DNA from: Wickerhamiella versatilis
Lineage: Eukaryota
Direction of reading: 5' to 3'
Assembly (NCBI GenBank): GCA_030867685.1
Contig: JAQOWU010000001.1
Span: 558,001-622,000 of the forward strand
Length of the DNA stretch: 64,000 bases
Shown: positions 51,301-60,135 of the stretch, piece after piece
Layout of the letters: every line of letters starts with the position of its first letter
How positions within the stretch are numbered: position 1 is the first letter of the stretch
Notes under the pieces: generated by a model
Told to the model about the DNA's origin: nothing
Seen by the model: the letters and a program-made list of their open reading frames with translations, nothing else
Databases searched by the model: none
Position numbers and translations under genes: made by a program

Positions 51301-54300
51301 TGTCTCAAATCAGTATCAAAGTCATCTAGGCCATAGCCTTTCCACGTGCGAACTTGTCTTACAGAAACACCATTCAGCCAGCAAACAAAGCGCACAGTGC
51401 TCTTTTTGCCCGCACCTGGCGGACCAACAAGCATCAAATGTCCTTGTGGCTGTCTTAGAACTCTGTCGACTCTGAGCGCATGTTCTGTAAACGCGTCATT
51501 TGGAGCTAATAAGGAGCCGCCTTCTTCGGCAAACAATCTCAATCTCTGATTCATAAACTTTCTCAGCTCAACTGTAGTCGTTGCTACCGGTCTCTTCGCA
51601 ATCCAGTTGCAAAATACTGGGATCTCCGACGGCAAAGCCGAGAGAGTCCATTCTTTGGAAACTAGTTCCAAAGTCCAATTCTTACTCTCGCTAGACCTGA
51701 GTCTGTCAGAAAATAGACGAAGGGCCTCATAAGCCCAAATATCGCCCAAAGGTGTTTGAGGGCTTAATACCAAATGTTCATATAGTCCGCGACACCACCT
51801 TGTTAACTCACGAGGACTATATATCTCACGCTGAAAATGCTGTTTGGATCTCTCATATACCTTAACCATGGCTGCTGCTACAGTTGAAGCCAACGACTCG
51901 TTTCCAGACAGATGAAGTATACCTGACAATATAGGTGTATATATGGTAACAAGAGTTTCAGGTGATGGAAGTTCAACATATATTACAGCAAAGTGGCGAA
52001 GTAGGCGTACATTCATAGGATGACGTCCCTCCAATGATGGATTCAAAGCAGCAACTAATTGGACATTTCTTACTTCCACGAAACGACCTTTTCTTAGAAA
52101 GCCACCTTGTTCAATTAAACTCCTCAAAATAGCAATTGCACCTGAGTCCTCCGACACCAAATTAAGTTCATCAACAAAAAGAACACTCTCTTGAGGCGCT
52201 TCTAATATGTCAGGCTGGACATACCTACAATGCATTTCAAGGGCAGCAATAACTAACTCTTGAGTGGCTGTCTGAGAAAAATTCAGAGAAATCACGCCAA
52301 GTGCGCTTCTTCGCAATGCTGCTAGTAGTGTCATTGTCTTACCAGCACCTGGTGGTCCAGCAAGAAGAAGAGGCCTACCAGTCCTAAGCATGTCATGTAG
52401 CAATTTCTCATGTACCTCTGTTACAGGCGTGGGTACTACCAAATCCGAACGGACTACTGCAGAGGCATCTAAATTGACGGGTTCAACAGCTGGAAGCTCT
52501 AAGCTTCGTCCAAAAAGTCTTTCACTAAGCGAAACTCGATCTTGGAAGGGAGAATCTCCCGCTAGAGCCCAAATCGCAGCATCAGGACTACCTGCCTCGG
52601 TATATGCTTCAAAAGACGCTTTGCAGCGAGCCTCTGAAAATGGAAGAGCATGCTCCAATTGTAGTGCTTCATCAATCCAGTCTCTATTGAAACCCGTAGA
52701 GCGTTCTGGAAACCATATCATACCACATCTACTAACTGTTGCTGGTGTAGCGCTTTGCAATCCTTCAGTTTCTATTACAATACGAACGTTCGGCGGAAGC
52801 ATTACTCTTTCGCCAGTTGGTAGAGATAGGAAACGATTGTCATCCAAAACTGAGTTCAAGATCTCAGCCCAACTAGGTTCAACCACACCATCAAAAACCA
52901 GAAATTGCAAGCCCTCTAATGTGGAACATTTACGAAGCAAAAGTGGGACAAGACCATCAGTCCACTCTCGTGTTGTTGCATCCAGTCTACCATACAATTC
53001 CGCCTTGGACAAAGTTTGAGGATCTATGCGGTGAATAGAAGCTTTGCGCAAAGATGCCACAGTTCTTATGGCAGCCGACTTCCCTGCAGCAGGAGGGCCA
53101 ACAATCATTACACCGGAAAATAAATCAATGAATCTTGAAAACTGTCCAGCCTTATCCAGCCATTCAGGACCTGAAAGCCCTTCTGCAGCTGCTAGGCTCA
53201 TCAAATTAGTATCATTGGCAATATCGATCGAACCCCAATGTTGACTCAATTCTTCCAGAAATAAGTTTATATCACTTCCAACTAACCGTGGTTCGATAAC
53301 AAACCGGCACGCTTGTCCCACTAACACATCCTCATTATCATGGTTGAAGTCTCGACGCAGAATTCCGCATACTCGAAGCACACCCTTCAAGGCACGTAGT
53401 CCCCAGTCGTAATGGTCGTGATGAGACAATTCGCGTGACAGTTTTTCGACAAAATTCACTAGTTTCAGAGATAAGTCCGATTTGAACCCTAAGGTGAGAA
53501 GTAGAACCTCAACAATACGCCTACTATCAGGTTTTGCCATGGCAAAGGTTCGGAAAAGACCACTCAAATTAGCCGGTAACTCATGACGTCCCTTATAACC
53601 TGGATTCATGGTCACAAACAGAGGGAGCGTGGATCTAGCGGCTATCTCAGTAGCAACTGCACTAAGAACACGAGGTTCGAGCCGGTTAAACTCGTCAAAG
53701 CAGCCCCAACTATTTGTCTTAGCCACACCTTCAAGTAACCTGACTAGTGCATTGAAATCAAAAGATTCATCACAGCAAAAAACTGCTACACGGCGTCCCA
53801 GGGCTCTACCCAATGCCTTCACTGATTCTGTCTTTCCGGTACCTGCAGGACCTTTGGGTGCGACTCCCAAACCACGTTTTAACGCTTGCATGGCCGTTAA
53901 GTAGAAGCGGTCTGTAAGTGGAGTATCAACTAAGGGTTCTGGTGTACCCCACCATTCCCAACCGTACTCAAACTCAACTCCTAGATGGCTGACGACAAGT
54001 TGGTCATTGATGAAAGAATAAGAGAACTCGGAATCATGTGATATTTCGTTAATTAAAACCTCCACACGTCTTCTTTCTAGAAAAGAAAGTTCTTTCAATG
54101 CTAGCATAGTTAGTCGCTCCATTACTTTCGTCCTCAGCGGACCAGCCGGAGACCGTGCCCTAATACTCACCACCATCGCTTGCAAGGGGCGGCCTACAGG
54201 ATACAGTGGAAACTCCTCGTCAAAGTGGTCATAAGCATCACGAATTTCTCGTTTTAGTGCCTGTTCAATCTCAGTTTCCACAGAACATAAAGTGGCTATT

Positions 54301-57300
54301 GGATTGTTGAAAGGAAGATCGTTGTTGAATGTAAGAAGCTCTCCTTCGGTGGATCGTACCCCTTTTACCATATTTTCAACAATTTCGAGAGAATTGACTC
54401 CCCCGAATACAGCATCCAGTGGAGGGAGGCTACCTCCGAGGGCTGCCAAAAGATCTTCATCACCCAGGAAGTACAAGCGAGGGAATGCTTGTCTTTGTTC
54501 CTCCAAGAAGTGACTCAAAGACCTGTAGACGTCTTGAAGAACCGTACTGATATTGCTGAGTTTCTTTGAAAGCTGAGGCTCGGAGGCCAGTGTCAATGGA
54601 GGATGGACACTTAGCTCAAAAATGTGTTCGGTATCACCAGAAATAGCCCTAAAACGTGCGGATTCTGCTGGTAAAATGGCACAGAGCTCATCAGAGTCAA
54701 AAATGGCAGCCAGACCTACCCATGCGGATTGAACCTCTCCCCAAACTTCGAAAACTTGCCTGAGATTAATTAGTCTTTGATCCCATTCATTGACCTCCGC
54801 AGCAACTGCATCAAAATGCGGAGATCGTCGCATGGCTTTTAACGCAGCACGATGCTCCTCTACAGTGGTAAATAGTTGAGGTAAATTACAGATTAGCCAA
54901 GTTTTTCGATGAGCCAACCGTTCGAGAGTACCTGAACGCCAATAGTCATCGATTTTAGCAATGTAGCTTCTCAAAGATGCTTCTCCTTCTGCTTGCTTCA
55001 CTAGCTTCTCCAAGCGGTTTTTCTCGAAATTCCAGGCATCAGCCACCGTTTTAGGCTCTGCCAAGCCCATCTCCGCAAAGTGCTTGGGCAAAAGCGCCTG
55101 AGATTTCAGGAGGGTGATGAGTGCAAAATTATCCTGGCAATGAATAACTTTTTCCTTCAATTCTTTTACAGCACGGTGACTAGCCAGCTTCGGTGCCAAT
55201 CCAGATATGTCACGAGTCAAAGAGTAAAGATCCCTTCTCAACTTCGTAGGTTCTACTTCTGCCCATGCGGTCTCATTGAGGGTTTGATAACGTTGCCAAA
55301 GCGGTTGCCAGTTGGTCCATAGTGATTCCAGTGATGACAATCGAGGTGATGGCACCTCAAGACCGAGCCAAGTTGCAACAATTCTTAGGGAATTCGTCTC
55401 CATAAGAGACTGTAGGAGTTCCACTAAGCGTGGCAATTCATTAGTTCCGGCAAAAGGCCATTCTCGTTCTATATTATTCACTTCATTGGTGTATGATCGG
55501 ATTGCTGATTGCAATAATCGGTAAATTTGGGGTCTTTCGCTCTCAAGCCTCTTAACAGTAGCACCGCGTGAATTGATGAAACGTCGATGATTTTCGATAA
55601 GTCTTGGAGCAATTAACGGAACTGCAGTGCAGTACACTTCAATTTGTGGATCAAGCTTCAAGATATCAAGTACTTTTGCGATAGAATGAATAGATGACCA
55701 ATCTACATTTGAAAGCGCTAGAATCCCATCTCCTAATACCTCAAGCATTTCTTGTGCTTGCTGCATTCCATTTTCAGAGACGAATCGACTAATATCAGCT
55801 CTCCATAGGTCGCACCGCGCAGCCACAGAGGGTTGAACGATAGTTGCATCAATAACTAACGTATCCGTAACAAATTTCACTGGAGGAGGCTGCTGAAGCT
55901 GTTGACGCAGATTTAAAGCAGCATCCAAAGGTAACTTTGGTGGAGGACTTGCCATAACGCGGCGATACCCTTGCCATTCTTCTACAAACTTTGTAGCCTC
56001 ATTAATCCACTCAATAACCTTCTTTAGGCATCCTGCAAAGGCAAAGACTACCGAGGAATCAACGTCTTCATCAAATGGAACCATTGATGAGAGTTCTTGG
56101 ATCCACTCACTCCGTGATGATGCCAAAGATGGATCTAATTGGCCTAATGATAGTAGGGTGTGGTGCTTTCGGGTTGGCAACCATGACTGAAGTTTCTTTA
56201 CTGCTTCAACAGCAAGTCTATCTCTAATATCAGCTTGAACCCTTCCAACATACAGCTCATAATTTGACCATCCGACTGCATGAGTGGCTACCTCCAATGC
56301 TTGTGAAGGCGGCGCATTTCGAACCCTTCCATCGAGCTCTTCAGCACTACGATTACGATATATGAGCTTCGAGGTATAATCAGAAAGTTCTATGACCCAA
56401 GCCTCTAAGTCACCAACGGATTCCCATTCAATTGAAAAGCCAGCTTCCAACAAATGCAAACAGGAATTCATCACATCGTAGCTTAACAAACCTGCCCTTC
56501 CTTTGAGCCTCATTGACTGGATAGTAAGTAATGCATCCTGAATTTGCGTGATCACAGGTGGTGCCCACTCCATACTTCGTACAATTTGAGCAGTTGTCGC
56601 GGGCACGTGTTCTCCTAGCGCCCTCAGTGCCCTTAAATCAGATGGAAGTTTCACAATTTTATCAGGACAGTTGAGCAGGATTTTTCCTTGCTTTACAATT
56701 AGGACAGGACCTTTCAAAGGTACAGCAGATTCAGCCCATTCCTCAATGAGTCGTGTAGTTGAGAGTTGTTTCTGAAGGCTTTCTGATGTCTCCACAAGAG
56801 TTTGAGCGGCTGCAAACTGGGTCCAATCCCTTCCTAAGATATCTTCCAGTTTCGAAAGAAGGTAAGCTAATCTTTGGCTAATTTGTTTCGCCCATACAAC
56901 GCCTGATACACCATGTGCATCAGAAATATCTCTGGCCACTCTAATTTGCAACGACTGGACATCTCTTTGAACCTCTCTTACTAAATGGTTCTCATACTCT
57001 GCTACAGCGGCCCTAACTGCAGGACGGGATAAGACAGTTCGGTGTTTTCGAAAAACCTCAAAAATATCGGTCGTATTGTCCAATTCAGCCTTTAGCTCCA
57101 ATGCAAATTTCCGCTCAGCTTGCTCAGCTTTCAGTTGATAAGATTGTTCTAGCGGCGTCCACTCCGGGGAATTTGAAAGTGGGTCCACCTTAGTCAAAAG
57201 GTCCCACGCGTGCGACAATTCCGGGGAAGGCACTGCCGTGATTAATGAATCGTGTTGATCACGCAGTCGCACTAAATAGGCTACACCAGCATGAATCTCA

Positions 57301-58346
57301 CGAAATGCTGGCTCTATTCTTACCGGGACGTATCTTTCCGACCTCCTCCGCATAACATCCCGGGCCATGCTTGAAAAATCTCTTGAATGCCCTTCCCAAT
57401 TGGTTTGCAGATCTTCAACAGTTTCCCATATATTACGCAAGGTTTCTGGTGGGCAAGTGAGCAGCTCATAGCCCCGCAAGTATTTCAAAAGAGATTCGCA
57501 TGCTACCCTACCGATCGCCCCCACAAGTTCGATGGCACGTACAACGGGATATCCACTAGGTCTAAGTCTGCGATGAAGATGATCAAAAACGGTATCCAAA
57601 GCCTCAATAAGCTCGGCCGGTGTTGATGCCGAAGAAACAAACTCCAATCCTAGATCACGTAGCAGGCTGAGATAGCCCACAACCTTTTGTTGCGATTGAG
57701 CTATCCCCGAATCAGTCCGTAGATGTATGTATCGCTTATACTTTTCCAACTCCGCGAGTACCTGCTCGACCTCAGGAGAATTCATCTGGGATACAGCCTG
57801 GTCTAGAGCCGCAGACACCGCCACCCACCACCCGAGTTCGTCTGCGGGATTTCGGATCTCGGGTGAATCTACTGAAGCCAGAGTCTGAAGTTGTTTCTTC
57901 CATGTCTGTGCTACAGCCTGTAATTCGTTTAAACGATTTGAATCACCGTCCGTGGGTAGAATTCCTTCCTTAACGGACAAAAAAACCGCTGGTATATCCG
58001 TATGCTTCATGAGCGCCTGCAATGCAAGTTCGAGTTCTGCAAGCTTAGTCCGTGCCAGTTGAATATTTTGACCCTTGTGTACCGTGGAAAGACAAAATTG
58101 CTGTAACACAAAATGCACTATAGACCACAATCCTGACCATCCCTCTGCTGGCAGTTGTACTATGCCAACGTGGGGCGGACTATGTAAAAATGCGACCACA
58201 TCTGGTGAAGGCGGTGGTGCCTGTGAATACAGTTGACCGTCGTGGAGGAAAATAACGCTGGGTTCAGTTGAATTTGCAAAACTCCACCATTTCTCATTGG
58301 TCGGTACCTCGAAATAGTTGGCCACGGCGTCCAGAGACGCGTGCAT
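48315..58346 (-). CDS. DYN1: Cytoplasmic dynein heavy chain (shortened, 3343 aa)
   Basis: FPRLYFLGDEDLL, GPAGTGKTESVKALG, WGCFDEFNRL, HYDWGLRALK, P-loops of AAA2-4, stalk RASKACGPL. Confidence 0.96.
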   Translation of the reverse strand: MHASLDAVANYFEVPTNEKWWSFANSTEPSVIFLHDGQLYSQAPPPSPDVVAFLHSPPHVGIVQLPAEGWSGLWSIVHFVLQQFCLSTVHKGQNIQLARTKLAELELALQALMKHTDIPAVFLSVKEGILPTDGDSNRLNELQAVAQTWKKQLQTLASVDSPEIRNPADELGWWVAVSAALDQAVSQMNSPEVEQVLAELEKYKRYIHLRTDSGIAQSQQKVVGYLSLLRDLGLEFVSSASTPAELIEALDTVFDHLHRRLRPSGYPVVRAIELVGAIGRVACESLLKYLRGYELLTCPPETLRNIWETVEDLQTNWEGHSRDFSSMARDVMRRRSERYVPVRIEPAFREIHAGVAYLVRLRDQHDSLITAVPSPELSHAWDLLTKVDPLSNSPEWTPLEQSYQLKAEQAERKFALELKAELDNTTDIFEVFRKHRTVLSRPAVRAAVAEYENHLVREVQRDVQSLQIRVARDISDAHGVSGVVWAKQISQRLAYLLSKLEDILGRDWTQFAAAQTLVETSESLQKQLSTTRLIEEWAESAVPLKGPVLIVKQGKILLNCPDKIVKLPSDLRALRALGEHVPATTAQIVRSMEWAPPVITQIQDALLTIQSMRLKGRAGLLSYDVMNSCLHLLEAGFSIEWESVGDLEAWVIELSDYTSKLIYRNRSAEELDGRVRNAPPSQALEVATHAVGWSNYELYVGRVQADIRDRLAVEAVKKLQSWLPTRKHHTLLSLGQLDPSLASSRSEWIQELSSMVPFDEDVDSSVVFAFAGCLKKVIEWINEATKFVEEWQGYRRVMASPPPKLPLDAALNLRQQLQQPPPVKFVTDTLVIDATIVQPSVAARCDLWRADISRFVSENGMQQAQEMLEVLGDGILALSNVDWSSIHSIAKVLDILKLDPQIEVYCTAVPLIAPRLIENHRRFINSRGATVKRLESERPQIYRLLQSAIRSYTNEVNNIEREWPFAGTNELPRLVELLQSLMETNSLRIVATWLGLEVPSPRLSSLESLWTNWQPLWQRYQTLNETAWAEVEPTKLRRDLYSLTRDISGLAPKLASHRAVKELKEKVIHCQDNFALITLLKSQALLPKHFAEMGLAEPKTVADAWNFEKNRLEKLVKQAEGEASLRSYIAKIDDYWRSGTLERLAHRKTWLICNLPQLFTTVEEHRAALKAMRRSPHFDAVAAEVNEWDQRLINLRQVFEVWGEVQSAWVGLAAIFDSDELCAILPAESARFRAISGDTEHIFELSVHPPLTLASEPQLSKKLSNISTVLQDVYRSLSHFLEEQRQAFPRLYFLGDEDLLAALGGSLPPLDAVFGGVNSLEIVENMVKGVRSTEGELLTFNNDLPFNNPIATLCSVETEIEQALKREIRDAYDHFDEEFPLYPVGRPLQAMVVSIRARSPAGPLRTKVMERLTMLALKELSFLERRRVEVLINEISHDSEFSYSFINDQLVVSHLGVEFEYGWEWWGTPEPLVDTPLTDRFYLTAMQALKRGLGVAPKGPAGTGKTESVKALGRALGRRVAVFCCDESFDFNALVRLLEGVAKTNSWGCFDEFNRLEPRVLSAVATEIAARSTLPLFVTMNPGYKGRHELPANLSGLFRTFAMAKPDSRRIVEVLLLTLGFKSDLSLKLVNFVEKLSRELSHHDHYDWGLRALKGVLRVCGILRRDFNHDNEDVLVGQACRFVIEPRLVGSDINLFLEELSQHWGSIDIANDTNLMSLAAAEGLSGPEWLDKAGQFSRFIDLFSGVMIVGPPAAGKSAAIRTVASLRKASIHRIDPQTLSKAELYGRLDATTREWTDGLVPLLLRKCSTLEGLQFLVFDGVVEPSWAEILNSVLDDNRFLSLPTGERVMLPPNVRIVIETEGLQSATPATVSRCGMIWFPERSTGFNRDWIDEALQLEHALPFSEARCKASFEAYTEAGSPDAAIWALAGDSPFQDRVSLSERLFGRSLELPAVEPVNLDASAVVRSDLVVPTPVTEVHEKLLHDMLRTGRPLLLAGPPGAGKTMTLLAALRRSALGVISLNFSQTATQELVIAALEMHCRYVQPDILEAPQESVLFVDELNLVSEDSGAIAILRSLIEQGGFLRKGRFVEVRNVQLVAALNPSLEGRHPMNVRLLRHFAVIYVELPSPETLVTIYTPILSGILHLSGNESLASTVAAAMVKVYERSKQHFQREIYSPRELTRWCRGLYEHLVLSPQTPLGDIWAYEALRLFSDRLRSSESKNWTLELVSKEWTLSALPSEIPVFCNWIAKRPVATTTVELRKFMNQRLRLFAEEGGSLLAPNDAFTEHALRVDRVLRQPQGHLMLVGPPGAGKKSTVRFVCWLNGVSVRQVRTWKGYGLDDFDTDLRQAIKVALRQPVCLIMDESTLLHTAFVERMNTLLANGEVPGLFDHPEERAALARLSPHEDMWKWLTRQIVNNLHVVFSCRSIDYVSGALINRCVLNWMEWSDETLKQVASNWTSRTDFRQSDIFVAIHPPEESPLAFIELCHQFFEIYRGKMQLLEDRQRHLLGGGDKLKVTVLDIKKRRRELEGQTSQLEAKEAESQQVLQDLISGQTEAERKKAAGVEIQAAIIKQRQEVADREQAVRVDLTEALPLVQQASRGVQDIKKSQLNELRALQNPPEPVKCTLEAVCELLGFTIQGRNWREILSIVRSDAFIPRIVQFDHATSDSSRVLALIGDLTVERVDRASKACGPLLQWVKAQLAVAAARKRVAPLEREVQELSQQLAERTAQQKAITEMLDELSEQLVERQRQYAAVISECESLKKEMAIVRRSVQSSEELLANFSDEQRRWGDNAREFTSRRNLLGPQCLVAAAFVAYCGALDPHARRIRLQSWCELCGIDNTFDPAAFLEYSDDNAAIEALSDRVVLRVDPEKAHPYEEMLSSDDPQLSRYVEHALRFGHRIVVSLVQSEIDPSLIPILTRDFSYKGYRLTVDLPRIGECDVSEGFELRLYTSNPTTKIENATIVDYSVTESALSELALARLLLQKRPDLAKRKTELRLLQSSADSRLQRLEEELLSALNGTQSVIDDPTVLESLKTLKEEATTVDSTRTSALEALKELDDVSRELKVEADEAARVWICLKRLGSVNPFYHFSLNFFWSCFGLDMPVKQMVWSAAAPGIRRKDRNQFANDLQVPVTAPIMQWSEILPSEPIATFLALGGDPTIRIEQLLPQDSCKTISLGVKEAVLATETSTAGWLVIQNIELAPEEWRPPQTGKHTLLITHSPDISWGRPLVCEKPEGFAAQLEAAVQAVSKSYPEELAARVCWLHAKLNSEGYEYSDADLTFALSLAKGNDPLKMLLTAVYEAPLASTDEFVRRVAEQAFSLDLQSIDNLEEWSHSFN

Positions 58347-58710
58347 TAACCAGATGAACGTTAGTCAGTGTTTATTTTCTGTTTCGACTAGAACGCGTTT
58401 ATACGCTTCTATATGAAAATAAGAGACTTCTTTTCGGTAAATATCTTTTATTTGAGGCTACTATCTGTACATACAGGTCCTAGAACGTTATGACTTCAAT
58501 TATTGGTTCGGCATGTCAGCGCAGCTGATCTATACTATCAACCCTTAATACTTAACACTTAACAAGTAAGTATTCGGAGACACCCGATTGTGGCCCTGTT
58601 AGCGTTAACAAGCAAGAGTTCCCGATTGAGATTGTTACCCAACAAGGCAGGTACAATAGTTCCACCAATATAAAGATTAAACAAGCACAGCATGGAGAGT
58701 ACTCAACATC

Positions 58711-59034
58711 ATGGTTTCGCTGTTAGCCATAGTAGCCTCTATTGCGCTTACCATTGCACAAACTGTTGCAGACTCTGAGAGTAAAGGCCAAGGTCGAGAA
58801 GATTATGAGTACATCTACTCACCCGACCCATATTTCATGATGCGGGTTGCCGCCATGGCTGAGGCCAAAGGGCTCCCCCCTCCTATGATGATACCCATGG
58901 AGGGCCCACCACAATCAGCAGAACGTCATACCGATACAACTCAATTTCCAGAACCACGAGACGAGCAATATCGAGGTGAAGTGACTACTGGCCCTGGTAA
59001 TCAAGGACAACAATTGTACTACGATGAAGAATAA
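58711..59034 (+). CDS. Small putative secreted protein, function unknown
   Basis: TATAAA upstream, good start context, signal-peptide-like N-terminus. Confidence 0.6.
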   Translation: MVSLLAIVASIALTIAQTVADSESKGQGREDYEYIYSPDPYFMMRVAAMAEAKGLPPPMMIPMEGPPQSAERHTDTTQFPEPRDEQYRGEVTTGPGNQGQQLYYDEE

Positions 59035-59178
59035 CCGTGTATATAGCCTATAGCAGTACGTATAACGGGGCGCTTAACCCCGCCCTCATAAAATACGATA
59101 AAAGGAAGTTTCCTTCGACAGGTAAAAGGAGTCTTGACATTGACACAAAAGCATCAAGCACGTCACTATCATAGAACT

Positions 59179-59361
59179 CTACGAAGCGTGCTTGCCCATC
59201 AAGGCGCGGCTAAGTCCATAGAGGGGGACGGCAACACAAGTGTAGGTGAACAGTGCGTAGAAGCCGTAGACGGCGAACTTCGAACGAGGTCCACGCAACC
59301 ACAATGCAACATTGGGTTTTGACTGGTACAGCCTCTGGTATTCAAGGATCTTGTTCTGCAT
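59179..59361 (-). CDS. COX7: Cytochrome c oxidase subunit VII
   Basis: MQNKILEYQRLYQ..LWLRGPRS plus one TM segment, 60 aa. Confidence 0.8.
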   Translation of the reverse strand: MQNKILEYQRLYQSKPNVALWLRGPRSKFAVYGFYALFTYTCVAVPLYGLSRALMGKHAS

Positions 59362-59882
59362 CTGCTACTGGACGATGGAGAAAACTAAAGCTGAATGCTG
59401 ATTCGCGTAATACGAATTCCCAACACACCCTTACCCTCAGTGGTGCACGTGACACGGGACCGTTCAGTTTAATGATAGTATTACCGCTGGTTTACGCAAC
59501 AAGAAATTGGCATCGTCCCAAATGAGCACGCTATAAACTATAAGAACCACATTTAGGAAGGTTTCTAGCATCTCAAAATCAGCTATGTTGTTTTTTTGTT
59601 CTTATTCTGGAACACTATGAAAATCCCGGGGTATCCCTCTAAGTGCAACGTCACCACCGGCATCTAATGGGAAGAAGCTCGAGCAAAGGCAAACAAAATG
59701 ATCAGCGCCTGCAAGCTAGCTACCAGGAGAAGCTGGCATCCGCCAGGTCTGATGAGTCAGATAGTCATAATGGACCTTTTATGGTTTTAACTCCTTCATT
59801 TTTAATCTCCCCGAAAAGGGACCTGTGAGGGGTTCGAGAGGATCTTCCTATGGCTGTTAGGAAAGGTAAGTTTTTATTCCAG

Positions 59883-59957
59883 GTGGAATGATGGCATTTG
59901 ATTAGTCTTTAAGACATATACACATGGTTCCAAACTTCGCCTTTAGTCGCTGACCAC
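59883..59957 (+). ncRNA. Candidate box C/D snoRNA inside a spliceosomal intron (59866-59979)
   Basis: GTGG/CCAC terminal stem, C-like ATGATGG, D box CTGA, GATTAGTCTTT antisense to the conserved LSU rRNA sequence AAAGACUAAUC; flanked by GTAAGT, ACTAAC and TTTAG. Confidence 0.7.
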
Positions 59958-60135
59958 AGTGAATACAACTAACCTTTAGTGTCATTTTTTCTATGCTTCT
60001 GGCGAGGCCTCATGCCGCCTCAGAACATCTGTAGGTAGATAGAAAATTTCGTTTTATCCAACTATGATTATTTCTTTTCTTTAGCAATTTCAAAAATAAA
60101 TACAATTAATATACAGGAAAAATCTAAGACGTTGG

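Noticed and set aside
59749-59820. Hammerhead-like CTGATGAG...CGAAA, and RNase MRP-like words nearby
   Set aside because: No stem II joining the hammerhead core motifs, and no matching MRP 3' P4 strand.
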